Shown here: positions 1 through 8,564 of the stretch, piece by piece
Numbering within the stretch: position 1 is the first letter of the stretch
How the letters are laid out: each line of letters begins with the position of its first letter
Assembly: GCA_937886445.1 (NCBI GenBank)
Contig: CALGBY010000058.1
Location: 1 to 16,776 of the forward strand
From: an uncultured Clostridia bacterium
GTDB lineage: Bacteria; Bacillota; Clostridia; Christensenellales; Aristaeellaceae
DNA length: 16,776 nt
Direction: 5' to 3'
The notes under the pieces: model-generated
The model's input: the letters and a program-made list of their open reading frames with translations, nothing else
Database searches by the model: none
Told to the model about the DNA's origin: nothing
Translations under genes and position numbers: made by a program

Positions 1-36
1 ATGCGGCTTGGTGCGTTCAAACTTCTGCTTTGCCAT
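1..36 (-). CDS. tuf: Elongation factor Tu, N-terminal 12 codons only (truncated by window edge)
   Basis: Minus-strand ATG at 36-34 is preceded by GGAGGA (rc of 45-50). The codons to the window edge read MAKQKFERTKPH, the canonical EF-Tu N-terminus. It lies directly downstream of fusA, as in str operons. Confidence 0.8.
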   Translation of the reverse strand, partial: MAKQKFERTKPH

Positions 37-67
37 TGTTATTTCCTCCGTTAATCATATTGATCGA

Positions 68-2143
68 TCAGTATCTCTGTCCGACGATCTTTTCGGAAAT
101 GCTCCTGGGCACTTCCTCATAGTGGTCGAACTGCATCGTGTACATGCCTCTGCCCTGAGTGCGGCTGCGCAGATCAGTGGCATAGCCGAACATCTCGCTG
201 AGAGGCACGAAAGAATGGATGCTCTGTTCACCCGTGCGGGGCTCGATGGAATCGATCCTGCCGCGGCGGGAGTTGAGATCGCCCACCACATCACCCAGAT
301 ACTGATCCGGAACGATGGTTTCCACCTTCATGCAGGGCTCAAGCAGCCGTTCCTCGGCCTTTTTGAGCGCTTCCTTGAACGCCATGGAACCGGCGATCTT
401 GAAAGCCATTTCGGAGGAGTCCACCTCGTGGTAGGAACCGTCCAGCAGAGTGGCCTTGAAATCCACCACCTCGTAGCCGCCCAGAGAACCGGCCTGAGCC
501 GCTTCCCGGATACCGGCATCGATGGGAGCGATGTATTCCTTGGGCACAACGCCGCCGACGATCTTGTTTTCAAACAGATAACCCTCGCCAGGGTTTCTGG
601 GCTCTATCTCGATCACGCAGTGGCCGTACTGGCCATGGCCGCCGGTCTGCCGCACGAAGCGGCCCTCCGCCTGGCACTTACGGGTGACGGATTCCTTGTA
701 GGCTACCTGGGGCTTGCCCACGGTGGCTTCTACCTTGAACTCCCGCATCAGTCGATCCACAATGATCTCCAGATGCAGTTCACCCATGCCGGCGATAATG
801 GTCTGGCCGGTCTCCTGATCGGTATAGGTCTTGAAAGTGGGGTCTTCCTCGGCCAGCCTCGCCAGCGCCAGCGCCATCTTGTCCTGACCGGCCTTGGTCT
901 TGGGCTCGATAGCGACCTGGATAACGGGATCCGGGAATTCCATATTTTCAAGCACGATGGGTGCGCTTTCATCGCACAGCGTATCGCCAGTCACGGTCTC
1001 CTTGAGACCTACCGCCGCGCCGATCTCGCCGGTGTAGACCTGGTCCACATCCTCACGGTGATTGGCGTGCATCATCACGATGCGGCTGAAGCGTTCACGC
1101 CTTCCCTTCGTGGAATTGTACACATAGCTGCCTGTCTGGGCCGTACCGGAGTAGACACGGAAGAACGCGAGCTTGCCCACAAAGGGGTCAACGGCGATCT
1201 TGAACGCGAGGGCGGAGAAGGGCTCGCTGTCGTCGGCATGACGAACAACTTCCTTTTCGCTGTCCCTGGGATCTGTTCCGGTCACGGGCTTGATATCCAG
1301 CGGCGACGGCAGATACGCAACGATGGCATCCAGCAGCGGCTGTACGCCCTTATTGCGGTAAGAAGAGCCGCACAGTACGGGCACCAGCCTGCATCTGACG
1401 GTCGCTTCGCGCAGAGTAGAGATGATCTCCTCTTCGGTCAGCTCCTCGCCGGCGAAGAATTTCTCCATCAGCTCATCATTCTGTTCGGCAATGGATTCCA
1501 GCATTTTATCTCTGGCTTCCTCCGCCTCAGAAAGGATGTCGGAAGGAATTTCTTCATCGCGGATGTCTTTGCCTTCCTCATCGTAGTAAACCTCGGCCCT
1601 CATCCTGACCAGATCGACGATTCCGCGGAAGTTGCCTTCCTTGCCGATCGGCAGCTCAATGGGCACGGCATTGGCATTCAGACGGCTCTTCATCATTTCC
1701 ACAACACGGTGAAAATCAGCGCCGGTGATATCCATTTTGTTTACATAGGCGATGCGGGGCACATTGTATTTGTTGGCCTGACGCCACACGGTCTCGCTCT
1801 GGGGCTCAACGCCGCCTTTCGCGCAGAACACGGCTACGGCACCGTCCAGCACTCGCAGTGAACGTTCTACTTCCACCGTAAAATCCACATGGCCCGGGGT
1901 ATCGATCAGATTGATGCGGTGACCCTTCCACTGGCAAGTGGTAGCGGCGGAGGTAATGGTGATACCGCGCTCCTGCTCCTCCTCCATCCAGTCCATCGTG
2001 GCGGCGCCTTCGTGCACCTCGCCCAGGCGATGCGTTCTTCCGGTATAGAAGAGGATGCGCTCGCTGGTGGTCGTTTTTCCGGCGTCGATATGCGCCATGA
2101 TGCCGATGTTGCGGACTTTTTCAAGGGGATGACTTCTTGGCAT
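68..2143 (-). CDS. fusA: Elongation factor G
   Basis: 691-aa ORF with GTPase motifs [17 protein letters not shown] and NKMD and full-length EF-G-like sequence. AGGAG RBS (rc of 2152-2156). Position is between rpsG and tuf. Confidence 0.97.
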   Translation of the reverse strand: MPRSHPLEKVRNIGIMAHIDAGKTTTSERILFYTGRTHRLGEVHEGAATMDWMEEEQERGITITSAATTCQWKGHRINLIDTPGHVDFTVEVERSLRVLDGAVAVFCAKGGVEPQSETVWRQANKYNVPRIAYVNKMDITGADFHRVVEMMKSRLNANAVPIELPIGKEGNFRGIVDLVRMRAEVYYDEEGKDIRDEEIPSDILSEAEEARDKMLESIAEQNDELMEKFFAGEELTEEEIISTLREATVRCRLVPVLCGSSYRNKGVQPLLDAIVAYLPSPLDIKPVTGTDPRDSEKEVVRHADDSEPFSALAFKIAVDPFVGKLAFFRVYSGTAQTGSYVYNSTKGRRERFSRIVMMHANHREDVDQVYTGEIGAAVGLKETVTGDTLCDESAPIVLENMEFPDPVIQVAIEPKTKAGQDKMALALARLAEEDPTFKTYTDQETGQTIIAGMGELHLEIIVDRLMREFKVEATVGKPQVAYKESVTRKCQAEGRFVRQTGGHGQYGHCVIEIEPRNPGEGYLFENKIVGGVVPKEYIAPIDAGIREAAQAGSLGGYEVVDFKATLLDGSYHEVDSSEMAFKIAGSMAFKEALKKAEERLLEPCMKVETIVPDQYLGDVVGDLNSRRGRIDSIEPRTGEQSIHSFVPLSEMFGYATDLRSRTQGRGMYTMQFDHYEEVPRSISEKIVGQRY

Positions 2144-2179
2144 GCGGTTAACTCCTGTAATAATTTATATACGGAAGAA

Positions 2180-2650
2180 TTACCAGCGGTAGTGGGCGAA
2201 AGCCTTGTTGGCTTCGGCCATACGGTGCATTTCTTCCTTACGCTTTACGGCGTTGCCGGTGTTGTTGGCGGCATCCATCAGTTCGGCGGCCAGGCGCTCA
2301 GCCATGGTCTTCTCACCGCGGGTGCGGCTGAAATCAACGATCCAGCGGAGAGCCAAGGTCTGCCTTCTTTCGGGACGGATCTCGATAGGCACCTGGTAGG
2401 TGGCGCCGCCCACGCGGCGGGCCTTTACTTCCAGCTGGGGCATAACGTTGTTAAGCGCTTCCTGGAAGACTTCGTTGCCTTCCTTACCGGTCTTTTCCTT
2501 GATCATCTCAAAAGCGTTGTAGCAAACCTGCTGGGCAACGCCGCGCTTGCCGTCGAGCATGATCTGGTTGATAAGCTTGGTCACTACCACGGTGCCGCAT
2601 ACGGGATCGGGCAGGACTTCACGCTTGGGGATAAATCCACGACGTGACAT
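2180..2650 (-). CDS. rpsG: 30S ribosomal protein S7
   Basis: 156-aa ORF running MSRRG...KAFAHYRW, typical S7 length and termini. AAGGAGG RBS (rc of 2658-2664). str-operon context. Confidence 0.97.
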   Translation of the reverse strand: MSRRGFIPKREVLPDPVCGTVVVTKLINQIMLDGKRGVAQQVCYNAFEMIKEKTGKEGNEVFQEALNNVMPQLEVKARRVGGATYQVPIEIRPERRQTLALRWIVDFSRTRGEKTMAERLAAELMDAANNTGNAVKRKEEMHRMAEANKAFAHYRW

Positions 2651-2847
2651 ACATTAGCCTCCTTAAGTAGCGATCCTCTTTTTGCTTTTCCTTCGCTGTC
2701 CGGAGCATGTCAGCATCATGCTCTTCCGGTTTCAGGCACCGGGCGGCATTTCCGGCACGGCGGGATAAAGTGTTCCGGCTTTATCTCCTGCCTTACGCAC
2801 CGCAAAGCCACCGGGCGGCAGCACATCGGAAAAACGTTTCGGGATCC

Positions 2848-3222
2848 TTATTTCTTGGGACGCTTGGCGCCGTACAGAGATCTTGCCTGCATACGCTTGG
2901 CAACACCGGCAGTATCGAGCGCGCCGCGGATGATGTGGTAACGGACGCCGGGCAGGTCACGTACACGACCGCCGCGGATGAGCACCACGCTGTGTTCCTG
3001 CAGATTGTGGCCGATTCCGGGAATGTAGCAGGTACCTTCGATGGAATTGGTCAGGCGGATTCTCGCGATCTTACGAAGAGCGGAGTTCGGCTTCTTGGGC
3101 GTCATTGTTTTAACGCTCAGGCAGACGCCGCGCTTCTGCGGGCAACCCTGCAGGATGGGTGCTGTGGACTTCTTGACAACCTTTTCTCTTCCCTTGCGGA
3201 TCAGCTGATTGATCGTCGGCAT
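2848..3222 (-). CDS. rpsL: 30S ribosomal protein S12
   Basis: Tracked ORF 2848..3399 is over-extended. The real start is the internal ATG at 3222 ([12 protein letters not shown]...), preceded by AGGAGG (rc of 3231-3236). 124 aa with [11 protein letters not shown] and GGRV(R)DLPGVRYH motifs. Confidence 0.95.
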   Translation of the reverse strand: MPTINQLIRKGREKVVKKSTAPILQGCPQKRGVCLSVKTMTPKKPNSALRKIARIRLTNSIEGTCYIPGIGHNLQEHSVVLIRGGRVRDLPGVRYHIIRGALDTAGVAKRMQARSLYGAKRPKK

Positions 3223-3417
3223 GGAAGCACCTCCTGATAATTGTTCGGAGCCTGCCGAAACAGGTCCTCCTCCTATAAAATCCCCGCAACCCTCGGGAAT
3301 ATATAGTCTTAATGATTTTTGTGCTTTCAGGCGTTTTTTCCACCTTTTCATGCGATTTACGGGATACCCGTCATTGCATTCAAAGCACAGTTGCCGCATA
3401 GTACAGACAACTATAAC

Positions 3418-3446
3418 ATAATATCATTACTGTTTTATATTGTCAA
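3418..3446 (-). promoter_or_regulatory. Sigma-70-type promoter of the str operon (TTGACA-17-TATTAT)
   Basis: On the minus strand, TTGACA (rc of 3441-3446), an exact 17-nt spacer (3424-3440), then TATTAT (rc of 3418-3423). This predicts a leader of about 190 nt before rpsL. Confidence 0.55.
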
Positions 3447-3508
3447 TACCCGATTTATCAAAGATTCCGGGCGATCGGTCACGAAAACAGCAGGAAAAAC
3501 AGGCAGGG

Positions 3509-3607
3509 GATCACGGGTAAAGAACCGGCCGGCAATGACTGTACCGGCAGGCTCCGGACACAGCACGGATCCGGGGCCCGCCTCCGGATAAGAGAAAACC
3601 CGTGATC
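3509..3607. repeat. 99-nt GC-rich element closed by a perfect 10-bp inverted repeat
   Basis: GATCACGGGT (3509-3518) and ACCCGTGATC (3598-3607). Internal sub-hairpins include GCCGG/CCGGC and ATCCGG/CCGGAT. It lies in the 320-nt gap between the AraC terminator and the rpsL promoter. Confidence 0.5.
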
Positions 3608-3754
3608 GTGCAAAAGGCGCCGCAAATGAGCCCGCCGGTCGCTCGGCGTTTCATCAGAAGCCCTATGGAAGAAACGCCCCGTAAAGGGAAACAGAAAAGA
3701 GGCAATGAAATTAATGTGAAAAGATAGTGAAAAATATTATATATCTGTTATGTG

Positions 3755-3793
3755 CCATTAAAAGGCCGCCGCGGATCATTTCACCGCGGCGGC
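3755..3793 (-). terminator. Rho-independent terminator after the AraC gene / ABC operon
   Basis: Perfect 10-bp GC stem GCCGCCGCGG (3765-3774) / CCGCGGCGGC (3784-3793) with a 9-nt loop. On the minus strand it is followed by CTTTTAAT. It starts 15 nt after the AraC stop codon. Confidence 0.65.
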
Positions 3794-3807
3794 TTTCATC
3801 CGGCATC

Positions 3808-4716
3808 CTACATATAGGTGCCGTATATGCTTCTGAATCTGGTAGGCGTACAGCTGTGTATCTGACGGAAGATGCGGTTGAAGGTGGCAAGGCTGCGGAA
3901 GCCGGATTCCCTGGCTACCTCGGCCACGGGCTTTCTGGTGTGCAGCAGCATCTCATCCGCCACATTCAGCCTCCGCCGGTTCAGATATTCCACAAAGGTA
4001 AGGCCGGTAAAGGAATTGAAGGAGCGGGAAAAATAGAACCGGGAAAAGCCGGCGAAGGCCGCCACCTCTTCAAGCGTGATGTTTTTCCTGAAATTCTGCT
4101 CGATAAAGGTGATCGCGCTGTTCATCAGCTCCGGATTCACGCTCTGCTTCGCGCTCTCGCTGCCGGGAAGCTCTTCCTCGTTTTTCACCATCGCCAGCTG
4201 AGCGTACATTTCCATAAAGAACCCGTAGCAGCGGGTGTTCCACAGCAGGGGTCTCTCGCTGTAGCACTGAGCGCAGCGCGTCAGCGTATCCGCGATGGCC
4301 TCGGCGTTCTTATCCCCCGCCCGCAGCACGCGCGGCGTATCCATCCATTCCTTGAGCGGCTGAAAATCGCGCATGGTAAGCAGCGGATCCGGCTCAAAGA
4401 GAAAGAGCAGACGGGAGGAATCCTCGCAGGAGTTCATCGAGTGGGTGTGGTTGGGAGAAATGAACAGCATATCCCCCTTTGCAAGCGATATGCGCCTGTC
4501 ATCCACCATAAAGATCACCTCGCCCTTCCTGCAAAGGGCGATCTCGATGGCGCTGTGGCGGTGCGGGGCATAGTAATCCGCCTCGTCCGAGGGCCACACA
4601 CGCACCGAGGAATGCTCGGCATAGGTGATGTATTCCTGTGTTCCGTTCAGGATGCGGAAACCGTCCGGAAAGCGTTTGTTTGCTCCGGAAGTGTTCGCTC
4701 TGTCTTCTGCTGCCAT
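3808..4716 (-). CDS. AraC-family transcriptional regulator (cupin-like sensor plus C-terminal AraC-type HTH)
   Basis: 302 aa. The C-terminus (ITLEEVAAFAGFSRFYFSRSFNSFTGLTFVEYLNRRRL...ESGFRSLATFNRIFRQ) is a typical double-HTH AraC domain. The N-terminus has a cupin-like HRHSAIEI...G motif. GAGGAAAC RBS overlaps the end of the upstream permease gene (10-nt gap). Confidence 0.85.
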   Translation of the reverse strand: MAAEDRANTSGANKRFPDGFRILNGTQEYITYAEHSSVRVWPSDEADYYAPHRHSAIEIALCRKGEVIFMVDDRRISLAKGDMLFISPNHTHSMNSCEDSSRLLFLFEPDPLLTMRDFQPLKEWMDTPRVLRAGDKNAEAIADTLTRCAQCYSERPLLWNTRCYGFFMEMYAQLAMVKNEEELPGSESAKQSVNPELMNSAITFIEQNFRKNITLEEVAAFAGFSRFYFSRSFNSFTGLTFVEYLNRRRLNVADEMLLHTRKPVAEVARESGFRSLATFNRIFRQIHSCTPTRFRSIYGTYM

Positions 4717-4726
4717 GGCTGTTTCC

Positions 4727-5650
4727 TCAGCCCTTTACGCTGCCCAGAGCCATGCCTGTAACAAAGTACTTCTGCAGGAAGGGGTATACCACCATGATGG
4801 GAACAGCGGAAATGACCATGATCGCGCAGCGGATTGTGATGGGCGTCACCTGCTTGCCGCTGCTGCTGGCGGCGGCGTCCACCGTCTGGTTGGCGGAGCC
4901 GGCCTGGTTCTGTGTGGAAGCCAGCATGGCGTTCAGCTTGTACTGCAGGGTGTGCAGTTCCTTTTTGCCGGCGGCATAAAGGCGGGTGTCGAACCAGCTG
5001 TTCCAGCTGCCCACGGCCACGAACAGGGCCACCGTAGCCAGCACAGGCAGGCACAGAGGAAGGATGATCGAGAAGAACGCGCGGATATCGCTGGCGCCGT
5101 CGATGCGGGCGCTCTCAAGCAGCGCCTCAGGCAGGCCGGCGATATAGGTGCGGATCACTACCATATTGAAACAGGAGAACATGCTCGGGATGATATATGC
5201 CCAGTAGGTAGATCCCAGACCCAGCGTGTTGTTCACAAGCAGGAAATTGGGGATCAGACCCGCGTTGAAATACATGGTGAACACCATGAGTACGGTGATC
5301 GGCTTGCGGAAAATGTATTCTCTCCTGCTGAGCGCGAAGGACAGCATGGAGGTAAAGAACAGGTTGAGCACCGTAATGATCACGGTTTTTGAAGTGGAGA
5401 TCCAGAAGGCCTGATAGATATCCTTATCGTTCAGCATCTGCTGATAGGCCTGCAGGGAAAACTTGCGGGGATACACGGTGATGCCGCCGCGTACGGCGTC
5501 GATACCGTCGTTAAAGGAAATGGCCACGGTGTTCAGAACGGGATACAGCGTAATGATCATGATCACGATCAGGATCACCGTGTTTACGATCGGGAAAGCG
5601 ATATCCCCTTTTTTTATGCGTTTCTTCATTCTCGCGGCAACTGTACTCAT
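4727..5650 (-). CDS. Carbohydrate ABC transporter permease (CUT1, LplC/YtcP-like)
   Basis: 307 aa, multi-TM. EAA-type loop (LPEALLESARIDGASDIRAFFSIILPL). GGAGG RBS (rc of about 5657-5661). 19-nt gap to the upstream permease gene. Confidence 0.85.
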   Translation of the reverse strand: MSTVAARMKKRIKKGDIAFPIVNTVILIVIMIITLYPVLNTVAISFNDGIDAVRGGITVYPRKFSLQAYQQMLNDKDIYQAFWISTSKTVIITVLNLFFTSMLSFALSRREYIFRKPITVLMVFTMYFNAGLIPNFLLVNNTLGLGSTYWAYIIPSMFSCFNMVVIRTYIAGLPEALLESARIDGASDIRAFFSIILPLCLPVLATVALFVAVGSWNSWFDTRLYAAGKKELHTLQYKLNAMLASTQNQAGSANQTVDAAASSSGKQVTPITIRCAIMVISAVPIMVVYPFLQKYFVTGMALGSVKG

Positions 5651-5669
5651 CAGGATACCTCCTTCCTCG

Positions 5670-6620
5670 TCAGATCAGCGAATCTTCGCCGACTTTTTTG
5701 GAGATCGTATTGGCGCCCAGCAGCAGCACGATGGCCACGGCGGATTTGAAGATACCCGCGGCGGTAGCCAGCGAATAGTTGGGCGTCTGCATGCCCAGGC
5801 CGAAGCGCATCACGAATACGTCGATCGTCTGGGAACGGGAACGGATCAGTCCGTTGCCCATCAGGTACTGCATTTCGAAGCCCGCTTCCATCAGATGTCC
5901 GATATTCATGATCAGAAGGATCACGAAGGTGGACCGGATGCCGGGCAGGGTGACATTCAATATCCTCTTGAAGCGGCCGGCACCGTCGATGGCCGCGGCT
6001 TCATAGAGGCAGGGGTCAATGGAGGTCATTGCGGAAATATAGATGATGGTGCCCCAGCCCACTTCCTTCCACACATTGATGATGCCCTGCAGCCACCAGA
6101 AGTGCTGCGGCTCACCCAGCCAGAAGACGGGCTTGTCTGTGATGCCGAGGCCCGTAAGCACAGCGTTGACGGGACCGTCGGTGGCAAAAATGTTCTGCGA
6201 CATACCCACAACGATCACCATGCTCAAAAAATGAGGCAGATAGGTGACCGTCTGCACGGTACGCTTGAAGGCGCGGTTGCCCACTTCGTTGAGCAGTACG
6301 GCCAAAAGGATCGCGCTCACAGTGCTGAACACCAGGTTGATGATGCTCATCGCCAGCGTGTTCACGATGCTCTGGAGAAACTCGCTGTCGCCAAACAGCC
6401 ACACGAAGTGTTGAAGGCCCACATAGGTGCTTCCTTCTATGCCGGCCTTGGGGTCATAGTTCATGAAGCCGGTCAGCCAGCCCCACATGGGAGCATAGTT
6501 AAAGAGCAGCACATAGAACAGCATGGGCACACTCATGACGATGAGCCATTTCTGTTGTGCCAGCGTCTGCGCTAAGCTTTTCTTCTTTACAAATTCCGGT
6601 GTCTTTATGCTGCCTGACAT
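5670..6620 (-). CDS. Carbohydrate ABC transporter permease (CUT1, LplB/YteP-like)
   Basis: Multi-TM protein with EAA loop (YEAAAIDGAGRFKRILNVTLPGI). The tracked start at 6626 is a TTG. The ATG at 6620 sits 9 nt after AGGAG and is preferred. Confidence 0.85.
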   Translation of the reverse strand: MSGSIKTPEFVKKKSLAQTLAQQKWLIVMSVPMLFYVLLFNYAPMWGWLTGFMNYDPKAGIEGSTYVGLQHFVWLFGDSEFLQSIVNTLAMSIINLVFSTVSAILLAVLLNEVGNRAFKRTVQTVTYLPHFLSMVIVVGMSQNIFATDGPVNAVLTGLGITDKPVFWLGEPQHFWWLQGIINVWKEVGWGTIIYISAMTSIDPCLYEAAAIDGAGRFKRILNVTLPGIRSTFVILLIMNIGHLMEAGFEMQYLMGNGLIRSRSQTIDVFVMRFGLGMQTPNYSLATAAGIFKSAVAIVLLLGANTISKKVGEDSLI

Positions 6621-6686
6621 AAACAAATGCTCCTTTCCAAAAAGTCATGGGGAGAGCAGTGCTCTCCCCATGACCCGAAAGATTAA

Positions 6687-8348
6687 TTACTCGCCGAGAG
6701 CTTCCTTAACGAGCTTGAGAACTTCTTCCTGCATGAAAGCAGAGTAGATCTCGCAGGAGGGGTTGATCCTCTCAACGAAAGCGTCCCAGGTAGCGTCAAA
6801 GTCAGCGGGAGCAGCCATGATGACCTTGGGCAGGTCTTCATCCTGGTAGGCCAGGAACTGCTGGTTGTAAACGAGGTCGATGGGGGTCTTGTCGATCTGC
6901 CAGGCTTCTCCGTAGGGAGCCAGCTCCAGCGTCTTGTCGAACACATCACCGGGCACCTTCAGGCCGCAGGCGGCGAGGAAGTCGATGGTGTACTGATCCA
7001 TCATACCGAAGTACATTTCAGCCTGATCGCCGGGAGCCCAGGCGTTGCCGTCATCCTGCAGACCCTGCTTCTTGGGAGCGGATTCCCAGATGGCCAGAGC
7101 CTGGTTGGCGCGCTTCCATTCGGCGTTGTTGCGCTGATCGTACTGCTCCTGAGTCATGAGCATACGGCCGTTTTCTACATAGTAATCTTCGCCTTCGATA
7201 CCCCACTGGAGGATCTTCTGCCATTCGTCGCTCAGCAGAGCTTCAAGCAGGGCGATAACGCGCTCGGGGCACTCGCAGCCGACGGAGATACCGAAGCCGC
7301 GGTCCTTGTTCATGACGGTACCATTTACATAGTGCTCGTCGATCTTGCCGTAGCCATAGCTCTCGTCATAAACGAGGGGAATGCCCAGGTAGGTGTTCTC
7401 ATACATGCCGGCATCCTTCAGCGCCTGATCAGCAGTGCCGAAGTCCCAGCCCTGGTCGAACATACCGAGTACGATGCCGGAAGAAAGCTGGGCAATGTAC
7501 TGGTCATAGTTCATAACGAAGGTGTCAGCCTTGATGATGCCCTTGTTGAATTCTTCGTTCAGCTTGGCATAGTAGGGCTTGGCATAGGGCTGATTGATGA
7601 AGGTAACGGTCTTGTATTCGGGGGTGGTGATGTCGATGAGGACTTCACCGTCATTGGGACGGCCCATCAGATGCTGTACGGGGTTGATCAGGCAGAAATG
7701 ACGCCAGTCTTCGCACAGGATGTCAAAGCCGATGTATTCGGTGCCGTTCTTATCGGTGGGGTTGGCAGCGAGGAAGCGCTCGATCAGGTCGAAGTATTCA
7801 TTCAGGGTGGTGGGGATCACGTAGTTGTTCCACGCGATGACCTGCTTCTGGATGAAGAACATGGGGCCGTTGGGAGCGTTCTGCACCTGGCCGTTGTAGT
7901 TGATGCCGTAGTTGGGGATGATGTACAGTTTGCCATCATGCAGCAGCTGGGCAATGCGGTTGTCGGTGTAGATGTGCTTGTAGAGGTTGGGAGTGCCTTC
8001 CTCGGTGATGTAGGGCAGCATATCGATGAGAGCGCCGGCGTTCTCAAGGATCTCGGCAGAGTTGCCGCCGTCCCACAGGTCGGGATAGTTCTCTTCGCCG
8101 CCGGCAAGCTTGATGCCGAGGGTCTCGTTCAGGTCGCCGGTCAGGAATTCGATCTCAAACTTGATGCCGAATTCTTCTTCGATCTTCTTGTAGATCTTGT
8201 TGTCTTCGGTAGGCTGGTCACCGGGATCGCCGCGGAACACGGTGAGGGTGATCGCTTCGTTACCGGACTCTTCTTCCTCGGCCAGCACAGAGGGCACGAG
8301 GGATACCAGCATGATCAGAGCCAGTACCATAGCCAGGATCTTCTTCAT
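6687..8348 (-). CDS. Large extracellular solute-binding protein of the sugar ABC transporter (LplA-like)
   Basis: About 553 aa. Start moved to the ATG at 8348 (MKKILAMVLALIMLVSLVPSVLA/EEEE), 7 nt after GGAGG (rc of 8356-8360). It has an N-terminal signal peptide. Size and operon position are typical of LplA-type SBPs. First gene of the SBP-permease-permease-AraC operon; no ATPase gene is present. Confidence 0.85.
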   Translation of the reverse strand: MKKILAMVLALIMLVSLVPSVLAEEEESGNEAITLTVFRGDPGDQPTEDNKIYKKIEEEFGIKFEIEFLTGDLNETLGIKLAGGEENYPDLWDGGNSAEILENAGALIDMLPYITEEGTPNLYKHIYTDNRIAQLLHDGKLYIIPNYGINYNGQVQNAPNGPMFFIQKQVIAWNNYVIPTTLNEYFDLIERFLAANPTDKNGTEYIGFDILCEDWRHFCLINPVQHLMGRPNDGEVLIDITTPEYKTVTFINQPYAKPYYAKLNEEFNKGIIKADTFVMNYDQYIAQLSSGIVLGMFDQGWDFGTADQALKDAGMYENTYLGIPLVYDESYGYGKIDEHYVNGTVMNKDRGFGISVGCECPERVIALLEALLSDEWQKILQWGIEGEDYYVENGRMLMTQEQYDQRNNAEWKRANQALAIWESAPKKQGLQDDGNAWAPGDQAEMYFGMMDQYTIDFLAACGLKVPGDVFDKTLELAPYGEAWQIDKTPIDLVYNQQFLAYQDEDLPKVIMAAPADFDATWDAFVERINPSCEIYSAFMQEEVLKLVKEALGE

Positions 8349-8393
8349 AAAGGTTCCTCCTTCATATTTTGGCATTGCTGCCAGATGAATATA

Positions 8394-8421
8394 TTATTAT
8401 CCCGCACAGGCAATATCGCAA
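8394..8421 (-). promoter_or_regulatory. Candidate promoter of the ABC operon (TTGCGA-16-TAATAA)
   Basis: Minus strand: TTGCGA (rc of 8416-8421), a 16-nt spacer, TAATAA (rc of 8394-8399). It overlaps the third GGGATAA repeat. Alternative -10 choices exist in this AT-rich patch. Confidence 0.3.
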
Positions 8422-8475
8422 TGTAATATCTGGTCGAATTCGTTCACATTTTGCTATCTGATTATCATATTTTGC

Positions 8476-8489
8476 TGTAAGCGGTTTTT
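8476..8489. promoter_or_regulatory. Possible catabolite-responsive element (cre-like)
   Basis: TGTAAGCGGTTTTT matches 12 of 14 positions of the Firmicutes cre consensus TGWAANCGNTNWCA. It lies about 130 nt upstream of the SBP start. Confidence 0.25.
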
Positions 8490-8564
8490 ATCCCGTTCCG
8501 GCAAGTTATGACACATGATTTTCCGGTTTTGTCGTTTTCCCGCCTGTTTTATCCCTGTTCGTTC

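Noticed and set aside
8-1861. Long antisense ORFs opposite real genes: 8..1861+, 1889..2647+, 3727..4761+, 4625..5392+, 5463..6575+, 7332..8426+, 9173..10102+, 9664..10692+, 10780..11895+, 12688..13374-, 13505..14014-, 14308..14934-.
   Set aside because: Each lies opposite a gene with unmistakable family motifs or paralogue support. Their translations are low-complexity and rich in Arg/Gly/Ala/His, as expected for the antisense frames of GC-rich coding DNA. None has a convincing RBS.
3223-3399. N-terminal extension of the rpsL ORF (the tracked 183-aa form).
   Set aside because: S12 starts with the universally conserved MPTINQLIR at the internal ATG (3222), which has its own AGGAGG. The upstream 59 codons are leader sequence that happens to be open.
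3509-3607. tRNA, SRP RNA or other known small RNA in the inverted-repeat element.
   Set aside because: There is no cloverleaf with T-loop (GGTTCRANYC) or D-loop features. The SRP domain IV motifs are absent. Only generic GC-rich hairpins are visible.
3511-3705. 64-aa minus-strand ORF as a protein-coding gene.
   Set aside because: There is no Shine-Dalgarno at either the first ATG or the internal MKRR start. Much of it is covered by the inverted-repeat element. It is mentioned only as an alternative reading under the 3509-3607 finding.
4727-8348. Missing ATPase gene in the ABC operon as an anomaly.
   Set aside because: CUT1-family sugar importers in Firmicutes commonly rely on a shared MsmK/MsmX-type ATPase encoded elsewhere, so this is expected.
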